64,000 nt of DNA from an uncultured Gammaproteobacteria bacterium (GTDB lineage Bacteria; Patescibacteriota; Microgenomatia; CAYQLK01): positions 94,245-158,244 of the forward strand of contig CAYOLO010000001.1 in NCBI GenBank assembly GCA_964404855.1. Reading direction: 5' to 3'. The notes beneath the pieces were generated by a model that was given only the letters and a program-made list of their open reading frames with translations, was not told the DNA's origin and made no database searches. A program made the translations under genes and the position numbers. This document shows, one piece after another, positions 1 through 9,644 of this stretch; position 1 is the first letter of the stretch, and each line of letters opens with the position of its first letter.

Positions 1-102
1 TTTACGTTTCAGAATATCCTCGATTACTGTTCGAGTATTGCGAATTTTTGCCATTTCTGTCGGACTTGGTGCACTTGCCCAAATTTTTAATTGGTCTTCC
101 GA
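1..102 (-). CDS. 5' end of a gene truncated by the window edge; product unknown (hsdR candidate by position only)
   Basis: Minus-strand ATG at 102..100, immediately after the hsdS stop. It reads MISEDQLKIWASAPSPTEMAKIRNTRTVIEDILKRK... and stays open to position 1. Confidence 0.3.
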
Positions 103-104
103 AA

Positions 105-1370
105 TCATACTTTTAACATCCTCCTTCCACTTACGAGTTGTGGTATAAGCAAATCTCTAATTTTTCTTAACTTTTCATTTTTTTCAGATAAATTATCCTT
201 AAGCTCAAGAATGTTAATGCACTTGTTTTCAAATTCATCTAACAAGCCCTTGTCGGGAACAAGAATTTTATATTCTGAAATTGCAGCAGGTTTTAAATGT
301 AATACGTTTGCCCCATTTGCTTTATTTTTTGTGGTTTCAGTAAATCTATAATCTAAAAGCGTGTAATAAGTAAAAGCTGGTGGAATTTCCTGTGGAACAA
401 TTTTCACAACGTCTGCAGAGAATGTAATCTTCTGATTTCTGATATTTGGAATTCTTGCTGGTCTAGAAATAACTGCACGATCTGTAGTCATATCAGTAAC
501 AGCGACAACTATATCTCCTCGCTTTAATAACTGCTCTTCTTTTACTGAACCATTAAAATATTTAACTCCATCAAAGCGAAATCCTCCACCTCTATTAAAA
601 CTCTTAAGATTAACTAAATAATAGTTACCATCTTTATCGTTTATTTCCTCTGAAGAGTACGATGTTCCTCTTACAATTTTTGCAACCTCATCTATTCTTT
701 TCTCAACCCATCCTATAGGAACCTTACCCATAGAAGAGTCAATAAATTTAACAGTTTTATATCCAGGGTACTTAAAATTTACAAACCATTCAACGTAAAG
801 TCTTTGAGCGCTTTCTTCGAGAATCTTTATTCTTTTTGTATTGTTTTCAATTAAACTATCATACCTTTCTAGAATGTCTCCTACAGATTGCTGGGTTTTA
901 AAATCAGGAATCAAAATTTGAAAATTTTCAATGTCTGATTTAGTAAGTGCTTCTCTAGTTCCGCCTGTAGCAGAGTATCCCAGTAGACGTTTTTTGATAA
1001 ATGGATTTACTAAAAAGTATTTTAAGTACTTTCTGCTTAGGTTAATTTCATCTGCTCTAATTATTGAAACATGCTGGTTCACTCTCGCGGGCACTAAATC
1101 TTTGGGAACGCTCGTGATTCTGCCGACTGAAGCACCAGTTATATTAAGTAATACATCACCTTCTTCTACAATTACATTCTCAAGTTTTTTTGCTTGAACT
1201 TCATTTATAAAAGCAAGGTCATCGTAATTAAATTCTAGATCGTAAATATTCAGGCTTCTTATTAATGGTATTCCATTTTTAACATATGAGGATTTTCCGC
1301 CTCTTGGAGTAGCCCCGCTTCCTATCTTTGTTGTTATTTCTCTTAATTTATAACTATTCAATTTGCTCAT
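105..1370 (-). CDS. hsdS: Type I restriction-modification specificity subunit HsdS
   Basis: 421 aa with two target-recognition half-repeats. Conserved HsdS-like linker motifs include LIPQLVSGRR. Overlaps hsdM by 4 nt. Confidence 0.85.
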   Translation of the reverse strand: MSKLNSYKLREITTKIGSGATPRGGKSSYVKNGIPLIRSLNIYDLEFNYDDLAFINEVQAKKLENVIVEEGDVLLNITGASVGRITSVPKDLVPARVNQHVSIIRADEINLSRKYLKYFLVNPFIKKRLLGYSATGGTREALTKSDIENFQILIPDFKTQQSVGDILERYDSLIENNTKRIKILEESAQRLYVEWFVNFKYPGYKTVKFIDSSMGKVPIGWVEKRIDEVAKIVRGTSYSSEEINDKDGNYYLVNLKSFNRGGGFRFDGVKYFNGSVKEEQLLKRGDIVVAVTDMTTDRAVISRPARIPNIRNQKITFSADVVKIVPQEIPPAFTYYTLLDYRFTETTKNKANGANVLHLKPAAISEYKILVPDKGLLDEFENKCINILELKDNLSEKNEKLRKIRDLLIPQLVSGRRMLKV

Positions 1371-2941
1371 GATATTTTGTTTAAGTCATCACTAATTTTT
1401 ATTTCTAGTTCATGTGCTTCTTGAGTTAGTGTTTTAAAATCATTAGAAAGCGTCCTAATACGAGCATCGAATTCCACATCATCAATTTCTTTTTCAAGAA
1501 TATCAACATATCTTCCGGGGTTCAGTGAATATTCGTTTTGCTTTACTTCATTTATTGTTATAGTCTTGCAGCGCCCGGGGATATTCTCATACTTTCCTGC
1601 ACCTTCTTCATTTCTAAACCTTCTGACTATCCCCGCTAGCTCTTGGATTTGTTCATCTGTCCATTTGTTGTGTGCGCGATCAACTTGTGTGTAAACGTCT
1701 TGAGCGTTGATGAAAAGAATCTGATTTTGTCTATTTGTGCCTCTTTTCCCCTTATCCAAAAACCATAGTGTTGAAGAAAGCGGAACATTTAGAAACATAT
1801 TGGAAGGTGTAGTAATAATTACATCGACCAGACCTTGATCAATAAGATTTTTTCTAATTTCTTTTTCTGCGTTACCTGCATCCGTGGCACTGTTTGCCAT
1901 GACAAAACCGGCACGACCTTTCCCCGAGAGAGCGCTTGCAAACATCTGAATCCAAAGATAATTTGCATTACTTATCTCTTTCTTACCAGTTAGCGGAAGT
2001 CCCAAAAAATACCGTGGATCTCCTTGAATTCTTGAAGGGTCAATTACAAGTTGTCCTCTAGAATCTCTTCCTTTTACATTGAAAGGTGGATTAGCTAGTA
2101 CAAAATCAAATTTTCCTACACTTTGATAAACGTCTTCATAAAAAGAGTTGGCTGGAGTAATTTTTCCAGATAATCCATGTATAGCGAGGTTCATTTTGGC
2201 AATCTTTACTGTAGAATCGGTCTTCTCTTGTCCGTAGATTGCAACCTCATCCATGACTTGGGTGTGATTTTTCAAATGAGCTTTGACAAAGTTTGCAGAC
2301 TGAACAAACATACCACCACTTCCACAAGCAGGATCGTAAATTCGTCCGTGATATGGTTCGATAATTTCGACAAGCAGTTTAACTATTGATTGAGCAGTGA
2401 AAAACTCCCCTCCATCTTGGCCTTCTGCTTTTGCAAACTCACCTAAAAAGTATTCGTATATTTCACCAAACGCATCACCCTCAATATCATCTGGGATCTG
2501 ATTGAAATTCTTCAAAAGGGTGACGATAATTCTATTGTTTTCATCTGCTCTTGAAGAAAGAGTGGTATAGTTTTGAGGCAGTACTCCTGCGAGGTCACGA
2601 TTCTCTTCTTCGATAGCAGCCATTGCTTCATTTACTGCTTTTCCAAGATTTTCGTTTTCTGGAAGACTGATTAAATATGAGAAGGTAGCTTTTTCAGGAA
2701 CGAAAAGGACGCCACGAGCCTTATAATCATCCGGGGATACAGGACGTTGTCTGCCAGATTGAGATGCGGTTTTGCTTTTTTCTAATTCACCCTGAGCTTT
2801 TTTAAAACGAACGTCAGCAAATTTAAGAAATATAAGACCCAGAATTGGTTCAGAGATTTCATTTAGTTTAAGGCTGCTATTGGCACGCATGTGTTCTGCC
2901 GCTGCCCATAGTTGTCTTTGTAGTTGTTTCTTATCGCTCAT
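1367..2941 (-). CDS. hsdM: Type I restriction-modification N6-adenine DNA methyltransferase HsdM
   Basis: 524 aa. NPPFN catalytic motif (VLANPPFNVKG), an AdoMet-binding region and the HsdM N-terminal domain. Confidence 0.9.
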   Translation of the reverse strand: MSDKKQLQRQLWAAAEHMRANSSLKLNEISEPILGLIFLKFADVRFKKAQGELEKSKTASQSGRQRPVSPDDYKARGVLFVPEKATFSYLISLPENENLGKAVNEAMAAIEEENRDLAGVLPQNYTTLSSRADENNRIIVTLLKNFNQIPDDIEGDAFGEIYEYFLGEFAKAEGQDGGEFFTAQSIVKLLVEIIEPYHGRIYDPACGSGGMFVQSANFVKAHLKNHTQVMDEVAIYGQEKTDSTVKIAKMNLAIHGLSGKITPANSFYEDVYQSVGKFDFVLANPPFNVKGRDSRGQLVIDPSRIQGDPRYFLGLPLTGKKEISNANYLWIQMFASALSGKGRAGFVMANSATDAGNAEKEIRKNLIDQGLVDVIITTPSNMFLNVPLSSTLWFLDKGKRGTNRQNQILFINAQDVYTQVDRAHNKWTDEQIQELAGIVRRFRNEEGAGKYENIPGRCKTITINEVKQNEYSLNPGRYVDILEKEIDDVEFDARIRTLSNDFKTLTQEAHELEIKISDDLNKIS

Positions 2942-2942
2942 A

Positions 2943-3869
2943 TTATTTTTTCTCTAACTTAAAGCTAATCTTGTAAGTGTAAAAATCAATGTTTGGAGCA
3001 ACAACTAAAGCCCTGTGTATTTTGATGTCGTCTTCGAATGCTATGACAACACCTTTTACTTTTTGATTTTCTTCCGCAAGTTCTTCTTGGACATAACCCA
3101 TATATCTTTGAATCTGTCCAATGACTACATCACTCACGCGTCCTTTTTTTAACTCAACGACTAGAATTTCTTTTTTGTCTTTGCTTATGGCAAGGATATC
3201 AATGGGGCCGGTGTCGCTGGGGTATTGTTGACCGACAATTTCACCGTCTTCTTCATAAATATCATAGTTTTTTCCAAGTTCCGTATGGTGCCAATTCTGT
3301 ACCAGGAAGTCTTCAAGATGCTTTTCAAGCGCGAATATACTTGGATCTTCTATAGTTTCATCTGTAGATATAATTGAGGCCGGATGACTACCGGATATTA
3401 ATCCTTCAATCTCTTCTGCATATTTAGAGATATTGCTTACCGTTCCGATACTTCCTGCGGAGTTTCTTAAGGATTCACCAACTTCATCTCGTGAGATGGT
3501 TCTTGCATACCATCGAACATTTCGTCTGTGAGGTAAGTTTGCGCCTTTGTGATACTCATAGCCACCTGTGACTTCTCCAACCAAGTAACTACCTTGGCCG
3601 TCAGGGCAAAGTATAATATCTCCTACTAGAATCCCTTTTGCGATTGTATGAAGCATTCCACAAGCAAGTCCGGCAGATACTTTAGTCTTTTCTGGATTGT
3701 GTTCTAAGTAAATGGGAATGTATTTTTGATTAAATTCGCGCCAATTATCGGGTAATTCGTTTGTGAGGTCTACTTCGGGGAGCCATCCTGCACCAATATA
3801 GTTACCAACGTGCGCTTCTTTTGCGTAAGCACTCCTTCTGCCTAGCATTATACGATAGTAATTCTTCAT
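2943..3869 (-). CDS. Nuclease with C-terminal NucS/DUF91-like PD-(D/E)XK domain and an uncharacterised N-terminal domain
   Basis: 308 aa. C-terminus GPIDILAISKDKKEILVVELKKGRVSDVVIGQIQRYMGY matches the NucS/EndoMS catalytic-core pattern (D...E.K...Q..RY). Lies 1 nt upstream of hsdM. Confidence 0.5.
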   Translation of the reverse strand: MKNYYRIMLGRRSAYAKEAHVGNYIGAGWLPEVDLTNELPDNWREFNQKYIPIYLEHNPEKTKVSAGLACGMLHTIAKGILVGDIILCPDGQGSYLVGEVTGGYEYHKGANLPHRRNVRWYARTISRDEVGESLRNSAGSIGTVSNISKYAEEIEGLISGSHPASIISTDETIEDPSIFALEKHLEDFLVQNWHHTELGKNYDIYEEDGEIVGQQYPSDTGPIDILAISKDKKEILVVELKKGRVSDVVIGQIQRYMGYVQEELAEENQKVKGVVIAFEDDIKIHRALVVAPNIDFYTYKISFKLEKK

Positions 3870-3870
3870 T

Positions 3871-4602
3871 TTATTTTTCTACTTCCTTCGATTCTATTCT
3901 ATAAATACAGTGTTCACAGGTGGGGTCGGAGTCGGGAAGTGTGTTGGATTCGAGACAGTCACGGGCTTTGAGAAGGGCGTCTTCTACCCAACTAGCATCT
4001 CCAGTGTAAGGGAAAATCTCGACGTCAAATTCTAGTTTGCCATCGAAGGCTTTACGGTCTGTTCTTCCGTTTGCATAAACGAAATATCCAGTATTACTAA
4101 CATCGAATCCGCTGGAACGAAGAAGCCATTGATAGATTTCTATTTGTCTTTTGTAACCATCCTTATATGGACCATCCATGTCGATGCCTTTTTCCGAGGC
4201 GGTGCTTTTGTAATCAACGACATGAAGTTGATTGTCTGGTGTAACCCAGATGTCATCAATTGCTCCAGTGACGATAAAATTGCTGAGTGGATGATGGACT
4301 TGGATGCCTTGAAAGTTCTCACGCCAAATATCCATTTTGGGATGCTGGAATGGAACTGCATTTATTTTGTAATGTTCCATTAATGGATGGGCGGTGCCGT
4401 TGGCGCGGTGGACATCAAATTCTTTTTTGAATAATGTATCGACTGCGGAGTTGAGATTAAAAGAAGGCATCGAAGGTCGACCGACACCGAGACGGCGGTC
4501 GAGATAAAAACATCTTGGACATCTAGTAAAATCTTCAAGTTTGGAACGACTTAGTTTGAATGGGACTTTTGGGTCGGGGTTGAAGATGTTGCGTTGACGC
4601 AT
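3871..4602 (-). CDS. Cas4/RecB-family PD-(D/E)XK nuclease with a 4-Cys cluster
   Basis: 243 aa. N-terminal CPRCFY and C-terminal CEHCIY cysteine pairs flank a VVDYKST...EIYQW core, giving a Cas4-like architecture. No cas genes or CRISPR array nearby. Confidence 0.55.
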   Translation of the reverse strand: MRQRNIFNPDPKVPFKLSRSKLEDFTRCPRCFYLDRRLGVGRPSMPSFNLNSAVDTLFKKEFDVHRANGTAHPLMEHYKINAVPFQHPKMDIWRENFQGIQVHHPLSNFIVTGAIDDIWVTPDNQLHVVDYKSTASEKGIDMDGPYKDGYKRQIEIYQWLLRSSGFDVSNTGYFVYANGRTDRKAFDGKLEFDVEIFPYTGDASWVEDALLKARDCLESNTLPDSDPTCEHCIYRIESKEVEK

Positions 4603-4661
4603 TGGTATATTTTGAATTCGTGTATTTTAGCTTATTGAGGCAAGTAATGGGAGGATTTGTT

Positions 4662-4833
4662 AAATATTATGGATTTTATTAGTTTTTTACATTACATTCT
4701 TTTTTCAATATGTTTTCTTGGCACACCAAAAATCCCAGCGTGATTTTTGTTTTTCACTTTTTCTTCGTTCTTTTGCTTAAAGACAAAAACCATGCCCACT
4801 CAGAAAAAGAGATCCAAGAAAACATATTGAGGG
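4662..4833. repeat. Structured intergenic repeat element, copy A (5' module, hairpin module variant 1 and 3' attgagg module)
   Basis: Shares ttcttggcacaccaaaaatcccagcgtgatttttgtttttcactttttc...ccatgcccac...aaaaagagatccaagaaa...attgaggg with copies B, E and D. Contains nested inverted repeats. Confidence 0.8.
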
Positions 4834-4880
4834 AGTATGAAGTTAAGGGGCTAATAAACAGTTAGAATACGTAGATACTA

Positions 4881-5336
4881 TTAATTTTGTTGAAGTTTTT
4901 TTAATTTTTTATAATCAATTTGTTCTACCTCTCCATGTTCGTTTACAAAAAATAAATATAGATTTAATTTATCGCACACATCGTATGGAATTCGCCTGAT
5001 TGCCATTTCTTTAAAAGAAATGGGGTATCCAACCCCGTACTTGTATCCATATTTATATCCCCTTACTCCAGTTCTTTTCATTCGAGTAATTATTTGACCT
5101 AACGCAAGATTAAAATGAACCTCGCGATGAGATGATGGAAATTTTGCTCTTGTACTAGCATCACCCTTACATTCAATTAAAAAGTACCTTGAGACCTTAT
5201 TGTTTTTTACTTTTATATCAACGCCGTGCTGTTTAAGTGTTTTTGATTGAAGATTTTTGCTCCACCCTGATTTTGATAAAAATTCAATTATCTTTTCTTG
5301 AATAAAGTCCTCGGGTATTAATATTTGTTTATTCAC
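4881..5336 (-). CDS. Hypothetical protein, possible small PD-(D/E)XK-fold protein
   Basis: 151 aa. GVDIKV...YFLIECKGD resembles a D-x(n)-E-x-K nuclease core. Lies 20 nt downstream of dnaJ on the same strand. Confidence 0.4.
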   Translation of the reverse strand: MNKQILIPEDFIQEKIIEFLSKSGWSKNLQSKTLKQHGVDIKVKNNKVSRYFLIECKGDASTRAKFPSSHREVHFNLALGQIITRMKRTGVRGYKYGYKYGVGYPISFKEMAIRRIPYDVCDKLNLYLFFVNEHGEVEQIDYKKLKKLQQN

Positions 5337-5355
5337 GTTTCTATTAACTAAGCTG

Positions 5356-6225
5356 TTAAAACCAACTTTTCTTTTTGCCGGCTTCTTGGAATTGTTTGAG
5401 TAAATCTTTTTGTTTGGAGTTAAGAGTTTTGGGAACTGTGATGGTAATTATGATGTAATGATCCCCTTTGGTTTTGGTGTTAATTTTTGTCACACCTTTG
5501 CCAGCAAGTCTTATTTTGCTATCTGGTTGAGTACCAGCTGGGACTTTGACTTTTACCATTCCATCGATTGTTTCTACTTCGATGACATCACCGAGAGCGG
5601 CTTGAGTAAAATCTATTTTGGCTTCGGTATAAATATCATGACCGCGACGAGCGAATTTGCTAGAAGCAGATACCTGACAAACAATTGCAAAATCTTTAAA
5701 ACGAATCGTAGTGCCGTCGTCAACACCAGCTGGGATTTTGACTTTTTGGCGTTTGCCGTTTATCTCGAACTCTTTGGTGACACCATGAACTGCTTCGTCA
5801 AAAGAAATATGCAGACCGTATTGTGGCATGCGCTGTCTGGAACCAAATGGAGATTGACCGCCGAACATCATGTCAAAAATATCAAAAGCATCTTCAAAAC
5901 CACCAAACCCTTGATTGCCTTGTGTGCTTGACCATTGATAATTAAACCCGCCTGGGTTGCCTGCACCACCTGGTCGGCCGCCACCAAAACCTGCATTTTG
6001 GTCAAAAGCAGAGTGGCCGTACTGATCGTAAGCTGCTCTTTTGTCCTTGTCAGATAAAATTTGATAGGCTTCGTTAACTTCTTTAAAACGACTTTCGGCA
6101 CCTGCGGTTTTGTCGACGTCAGGATGAGATTTGCGGGCTTTGGCCCTGTAAGCTTTTTTTATATCATCATCTGAGGCGTTTTTTGAAACGCCTAGAGTTT
6201 CATATGGATCTTTTTTGGTACTCAT
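5356..6225 (-). CDS. dnaJ: J-domain co-chaperone, DnaJ/CbpA-like, lacking the Cys-rich zinc-finger region
   Basis: 289 aa. J domain with HPD (KSHPDVDK), a Gly/Phe-rich linker and a DnaJ C-terminal substrate-binding region. No CxxCxGxG repeats. Confidence 0.8.
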   Translation of the reverse strand: MSTKKDPYETLGVSKNASDDDIKKAYRAKARKSHPDVDKTAGAESRFKEVNEAYQILSDKDKRAAYDQYGHSAFDQNAGFGGGRPGGAGNPGGFNYQWSSTQGNQGFGGFEDAFDIFDMMFGGQSPFGSRQRMPQYGLHISFDEAVHGVTKEFEINGKRQKVKIPAGVDDGTTIRFKDFAIVCQVSASSKFARRGHDIYTEAKIDFTQAALGDVIEVETIDGMVKVKVPAGTQPDSKIRLAGKGVTKINTKTKGDHYIIITITVPKTLNSKQKDLLKQFQEAGKKKSWF

Positions 6226-6240
6226 GGTCTTTATTTAATT

Positions 6241-6482
6241 TAATATATTATTTTTCCAATTTACTTTTCTTGCACGTTCAAAATCCCAGCGAGATTTTGC
6301 ACTTTCACTTTTTGCTCGCTCTTTTGCGAACGCAAAATCCGTGCCCGCTTGCAAAAAGAGATCAAGAAAAATAAATCGGCGGGTAGATTTGGAAAAAAAC
6401 AAAAGGCGTCCACAGTAAAATATTGGGCTAGTTAGTTTGCTTATCAGCAAACGGGAGAGATCCACTAAAGAAAATTGAGAGA
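6241..6482. repeat. Structured intergenic repeat element, copy B (variant 1 core plus a partial variant 2 fragment)
   Basis: Core caaaatcccagcgagattttgcactttcactttttgctcgctcttttgcgaacgcaaaatccgtgcccgcttgcaaaaagagatcaagaaa, then caaaaggcgtccacagtaaaatattggg and gagatccactaaagaaaattgagag. Confidence 0.8.
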
Positions 6483-6520
6483 TAGGAGATTGGAATGAGA
6501 AAAATGGGAGATGCATGGGG

Positions 6521-7129
6521 TTATTTTTTGAATTTTTGACTTACACGAGGTTGTTTGTCTTCGCGAAAGTGGCGAGGACTTCTATCAGAAGGATGTTGAT
6601 AATATTGTCCAAAGACTCCAGGAGTTTTTTCTACGATATCGATTTCGCTTGTGTCGGTGAAAAATAATTCTATTGGAAATTCTTCCGGATCTTTGCCATC
6701 AAGATCAACCTCGCCAGATAATTGTCTTGCGATAGTTCTTTTACGTTTATCACCAAAAATTTCTTCCTCAGATCTAACGGCCTCACCCTGCATTTTGGCA
6801 ATTGGCAAAGCAGGAATAGATTTGTCTGGTCTTGGCATGGTAGGTTTGGGTTCGGCGGGCCTGGGTCTTGGGCGGCGGTCGATAACTAAATCTCGAGAAG
6901 ATCCTATTTTGGGTGCTTGTTTTGACTCTTCCCAAAGTTCGATTGCTAAGAAATATGTTTCAACCAGCCAACCACGATAACGACGATTGCCTTCGTCCTT
7001 AGCTTTTTGCGCATCACGCCTTAAAGCTTCTAGTCCTCGATGTGAAGATTGATATTGCTGAGCAACAACTAGTGCGGCTTGGCGTTTGTTTTGTTCTAAT
7101 TCTGATAATTCTGGATTTTCAAGTGACAT
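6521..7129 (-). CDS. Hypothetical protein (Pro/Arg-rich central region) embedded in the heat-shock operon
   Basis: 202-aa ORF between dnaK and dnaJ on the same strand. No recognisable motif. Confidence 0.5.
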   Translation of the reverse strand: MSLENPELSELEQNKRQAALVVAQQYQSSHRGLEALRRDAQKAKDEGNRRYRGWLVETYFLAIELWEESKQAPKIGSSRDLVIDRRPRPRPAEPKPTMPRPDKSIPALPIAKMQGEAVRSEEEIFGDKRKRTIARQLSGEVDLDGKDPEEFPIELFFTDTSEIDIVEKTPGVFGQYYQHPSDRSPRHFREDKQPRVSQKFKK

Positions 7130-7157
7130 TGTTTGATTTAATTAAATATTTTATAGG

Positions 7158-7176
7158 TTTTCTCCATATGGAGAAA
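7158..7176. promoter_or_regulatory. Perfect 16-bp palindrome TTCTCCATATGGAGAA, about 30 bp upstream of the start codon of the 202-aa gene
   Basis: tttctccatatggagaaa is read directly from the sequence. The homologous position in copy F is a hairpin with a different loop (ttctctaacgagaa). Confidence 0.5.
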
Positions 7177-7181
7177 CAGAG

Positions 7182-7319
7182 TTTTTTTAATCACACTTTT
7201 CACTTCAGCTCTTTGGACTGGTGTCGTCGAGCACCTTGTTTTGCCGTCGCAAAACAAAAGGCGTTCAAAGTGTGATTGGAAGTAAAGGAAACAAAATGCG
7301 TTCATAACGAAATTGAGAG
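7182..7319. repeat. Structured intergenic repeat element, copy C (variant 2 hairpin module, no 5' module)
   Basis: A 130-nt stretch nearly identical to 16381..16480. The outer 11-bp inverted repeat is AATCACACTTT...AAAGTGTGATT. The inner hairpin is ttttgccgtcgcaaaa. Confidence 0.85.
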
Positions 7320-7367
7320 TGATGACAAAAATGTCGGAGATAGTTTTTGGAAGAATTTGGCGAGTAA

Positions 7368-7703
7368 CTATTTCCTTTCTTTTTCTTGGTCTTCTGGATG
7401 TTTGGCTCTAATTGCAGCGACGGCCTCTCGTCGCATCCTAAGAATATTGAAGTTAATTATTCGTCCACGCTCGTCTTTGAAAGGAAGATTAGAAGCAGGA
7501 AGCGGAGATTCAGGAACGTTGACACCAGAAAGAGCTTCTTTGTGGTTGAGACGAGTAAGCGCTTCGGATATTTGGCCTTGAGTATAACCATCAGCACTGC
7601 CAGCTGGACTATCATCGGCTTTGTCCCAAAGAGCTTCTAGCTCTTCACGAGTTTTGGATTCTAGCCCAGTTGGTTTGGGTTGTGCTTCTGGCGTAAATGC
7701 CAT
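7368..7703 (-). CDS. Hypothetical protein directly downstream of dnaK
   Basis: 111-aa ORF, 10 nt after the dnaK stop on the same strand. Its GC content is higher than that of its neighbours. Confidence 0.5.
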   Translation of the reverse strand: MAFTPEAQPKPTGLESKTREELEALWDKADDSPAGSADGYTQGQISEALTRLNHKEALSGVNVPESPLPASNLPFKDERGRIINFNILRMRREAVAAIRAKHPEDQEKERK

Positions 7704-7713
7704 TTTTATTTTT

Positions 7714-9621
7714 TTACTTTTTTTCTTCTACGACTTCACCTTCTTGAGTCTCGCCTTCGGCGGTAGGCTCTTCGGATGGTTTTTCTTCTGATTCAGAGGC
7801 TTGGTCATTTGAAGCTTGTGGGCCTTCGGCTTGGTCATACATTGCCTGACCTACTTTTTGAGTCGAGGTACTAAGCTCATCGGTAGCTTTTTTGATGGTA
7901 TCGATATCATCAGCCTCGAGAGCTTCTTTAGCTAGTTTGACCTTTTCTTCAACCTCGGTTTTGACCTCGGCACTAACCTTGTCGCCAGCATCTTTGAGAG
8001 CTTTTTCGCTCTGGTAGATTAAGCTTTCGGCATTGTTGCGAACCTCAATGAGCTCTTTTTTCTTGTCATCTTCGGCCTTGTGAGCTTCGGCTTCTTTCAT
8101 CTTGGTTTCGACTTCTTCTTTACTTAGTGAAGTAGAACCTGTGATGGTAATCTTCTGCTCTTTGCCTGTAGCTTTGTCTTTGGCTGAGACAGCAAGGATT
8201 CCATTAGCGTCAATGTCGAATGTAACTTCGACTTGTGGAACACCGCGAGGTGCGGTTGGAATTCCATCAAGAATAAATCTTCCTAAACTCTTGTTGTCGG
8301 TAGCCATTTCGCGCTCACCTTGTAGGACGTTAATCTCTACAGAGGTTTGGTTGTCGGCCGCAGTTGAGAAAATCTGCGACTTGGAAGTCGGGATCGTACT
8401 GTTGCGGTCGATAAGCGGAGTGCGAACACCACCTAGGGTTTCGAGACCTAGGGTAAGCGGTGTGACATCAAGGAGAAGAATGTCTTTGACGTCTCCAGAT
8501 AGAACAGCTCCTTGGATAGCCGCGCCGATGGCGACAACTTCGTCAGGATTAATACCTTTGTTAGGATCTTTGCCAAAGAATTCTTTGACCTTCTCCTGAA
8601 CTTTTGGCATTCTGGTCATTCCACCTACGAGGATAACTTCGTCGATTGCCGTTGCTTCGACACCAGCATCTTTAAGGGTGTTTTTGACTGGAGTTAGGGT
8701 TTTTTCGATTAAATCTGTAACTAGCTCTTCGAGTTTTGCCCTACTTAGTTTGGTCTGCATGTGCTTAGGTCCAGAGTTGTCGGCCGTAAGATACGGAAGA
8801 CTTATTTCGGACTCTGTTGCACTAGATAGTTCGATTTTGGCTTTTTCGGCTGCGTCGCGAATTCGCTGCATTGCTGCTTTGTCGCCTGAGATATCAACAC
8901 CTTCGGTATTTTTGTACTCAGTTACAAGATGGTCGATGATAACTTGGTCAAAGTCGTCGCCTCCGAGGTGAGTGTCACCGCCGGTTGCTTTAACTTCGAA
9001 AACTCCATCGCCTAGCTCTAGAACAGAGACGTCGAATGTTCCACCACCAAGGTCGTAGACTACGATAGTGTGAGCATTTTTCTTGTCTAGCCCGTAAGCC
9101 AGAGCGGCTGCGGTTGGCTCGTTGATAATACGTTTGACATCAAGACCTGCGATTTCGCCTGCTTGTTTGGTAGCCTGACGCTGTGCATCGTCGAAGTATG
9201 CAGGAACAGTAATAACTGCTTCTTTGACATCTTCGCCTAGATAGCTCTCGGCATCTTTTTTGAGTTTGGCTAAGATCATTGCTGAGATTTCTTGTGGGGT
9301 ATAGGTTTTGCCGTCGACTTTGACGTCAGCAGAACCGTTTTTGCCCTCGACAACTTCGTAAGGAATCCACTTGAGTAGACTCTGAACTTCTTTGTCTTTT
9401 AATTTACGCCCCATTAGACGCTTAACACTGAAAATCGTGTTTTTTGAATTGACGACGATTTGGCGTTTGGCCACATCTCCGACAATGTTTTTGGTTGGAT
9501 CAACAACTGAAGGTACAGTATTACGACCTTCGGCTGAGTGGATAACTTTTGGTTCTCCACCTTCCATTACTGAAACAACCGAGTTGGTTGTACCTAGATC
9601 AATTCCTATTATTTTTGACAT
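7714..9621 (-). CDS. dnaK: Molecular chaperone DnaK (Hsp70)
   Basis: 635 aa. N-terminal [18 protein letters not shown] and the other conserved Hsp70 signatures, plus an acidic C-terminal tail. Confidence 0.97.
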   Translation of the reverse strand: MSKIIGIDLGTTNSVVSVMEGGEPKVIHSAEGRNTVPSVVDPTKNIVGDVAKRQIVVNSKNTIFSVKRLMGRKLKDKEVQSLLKWIPYEVVEGKNGSADVKVDGKTYTPQEISAMILAKLKKDAESYLGEDVKEAVITVPAYFDDAQRQATKQAGEIAGLDVKRIINEPTAAALAYGLDKKNAHTIVVYDLGGGTFDVSVLELGDGVFEVKATGGDTHLGGDDFDQVIIDHLVTEYKNTEGVDISGDKAAMQRIRDAAEKAKIELSSATESEISLPYLTADNSGPKHMQTKLSRAKLEELVTDLIEKTLTPVKNTLKDAGVEATAIDEVILVGGMTRMPKVQEKVKEFFGKDPNKGINPDEVVAIGAAIQGAVLSGDVKDILLLDVTPLTLGLETLGGVRTPLIDRNSTIPTSKSQIFSTAADNQTSVEINVLQGEREMATDNKSLGRFILDGIPTAPRGVPQVEVTFDIDANGILAVSAKDKATGKEQKITITGSTSLSKEEVETKMKEAEAHKAEDDKKKELIEVRNNAESLIYQSEKALKDAGDKVSAEVKTEVEEKVKLAKEALEADDIDTIKKATDELSTSTQKVGQAMYDQAEGPQASNDQASESEEKPSEEPTAEGETQEGEVVEEKK

Positions 9622-9644
9622 ATATTTTGTCTCCTTTTTTTATT

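Noticed and set aside
4720-4740. TGGCAC motif in the repeat 5' module as a possible sigma-54 (-24/-12) promoter
   Set aside because: At the -12 position the sequence reads AT rather than GC when spaced from the GG. CPR-like genomes usually lack rpoN.
7276-7581. 101-aa plus-strand ORF starting inside repeat copy C and overlapping gene 7368-7703
   Set aside because: It overlaps a co-oriented minus-strand gene and the repeat element, with no SD or terminator support. It is likely spurious.
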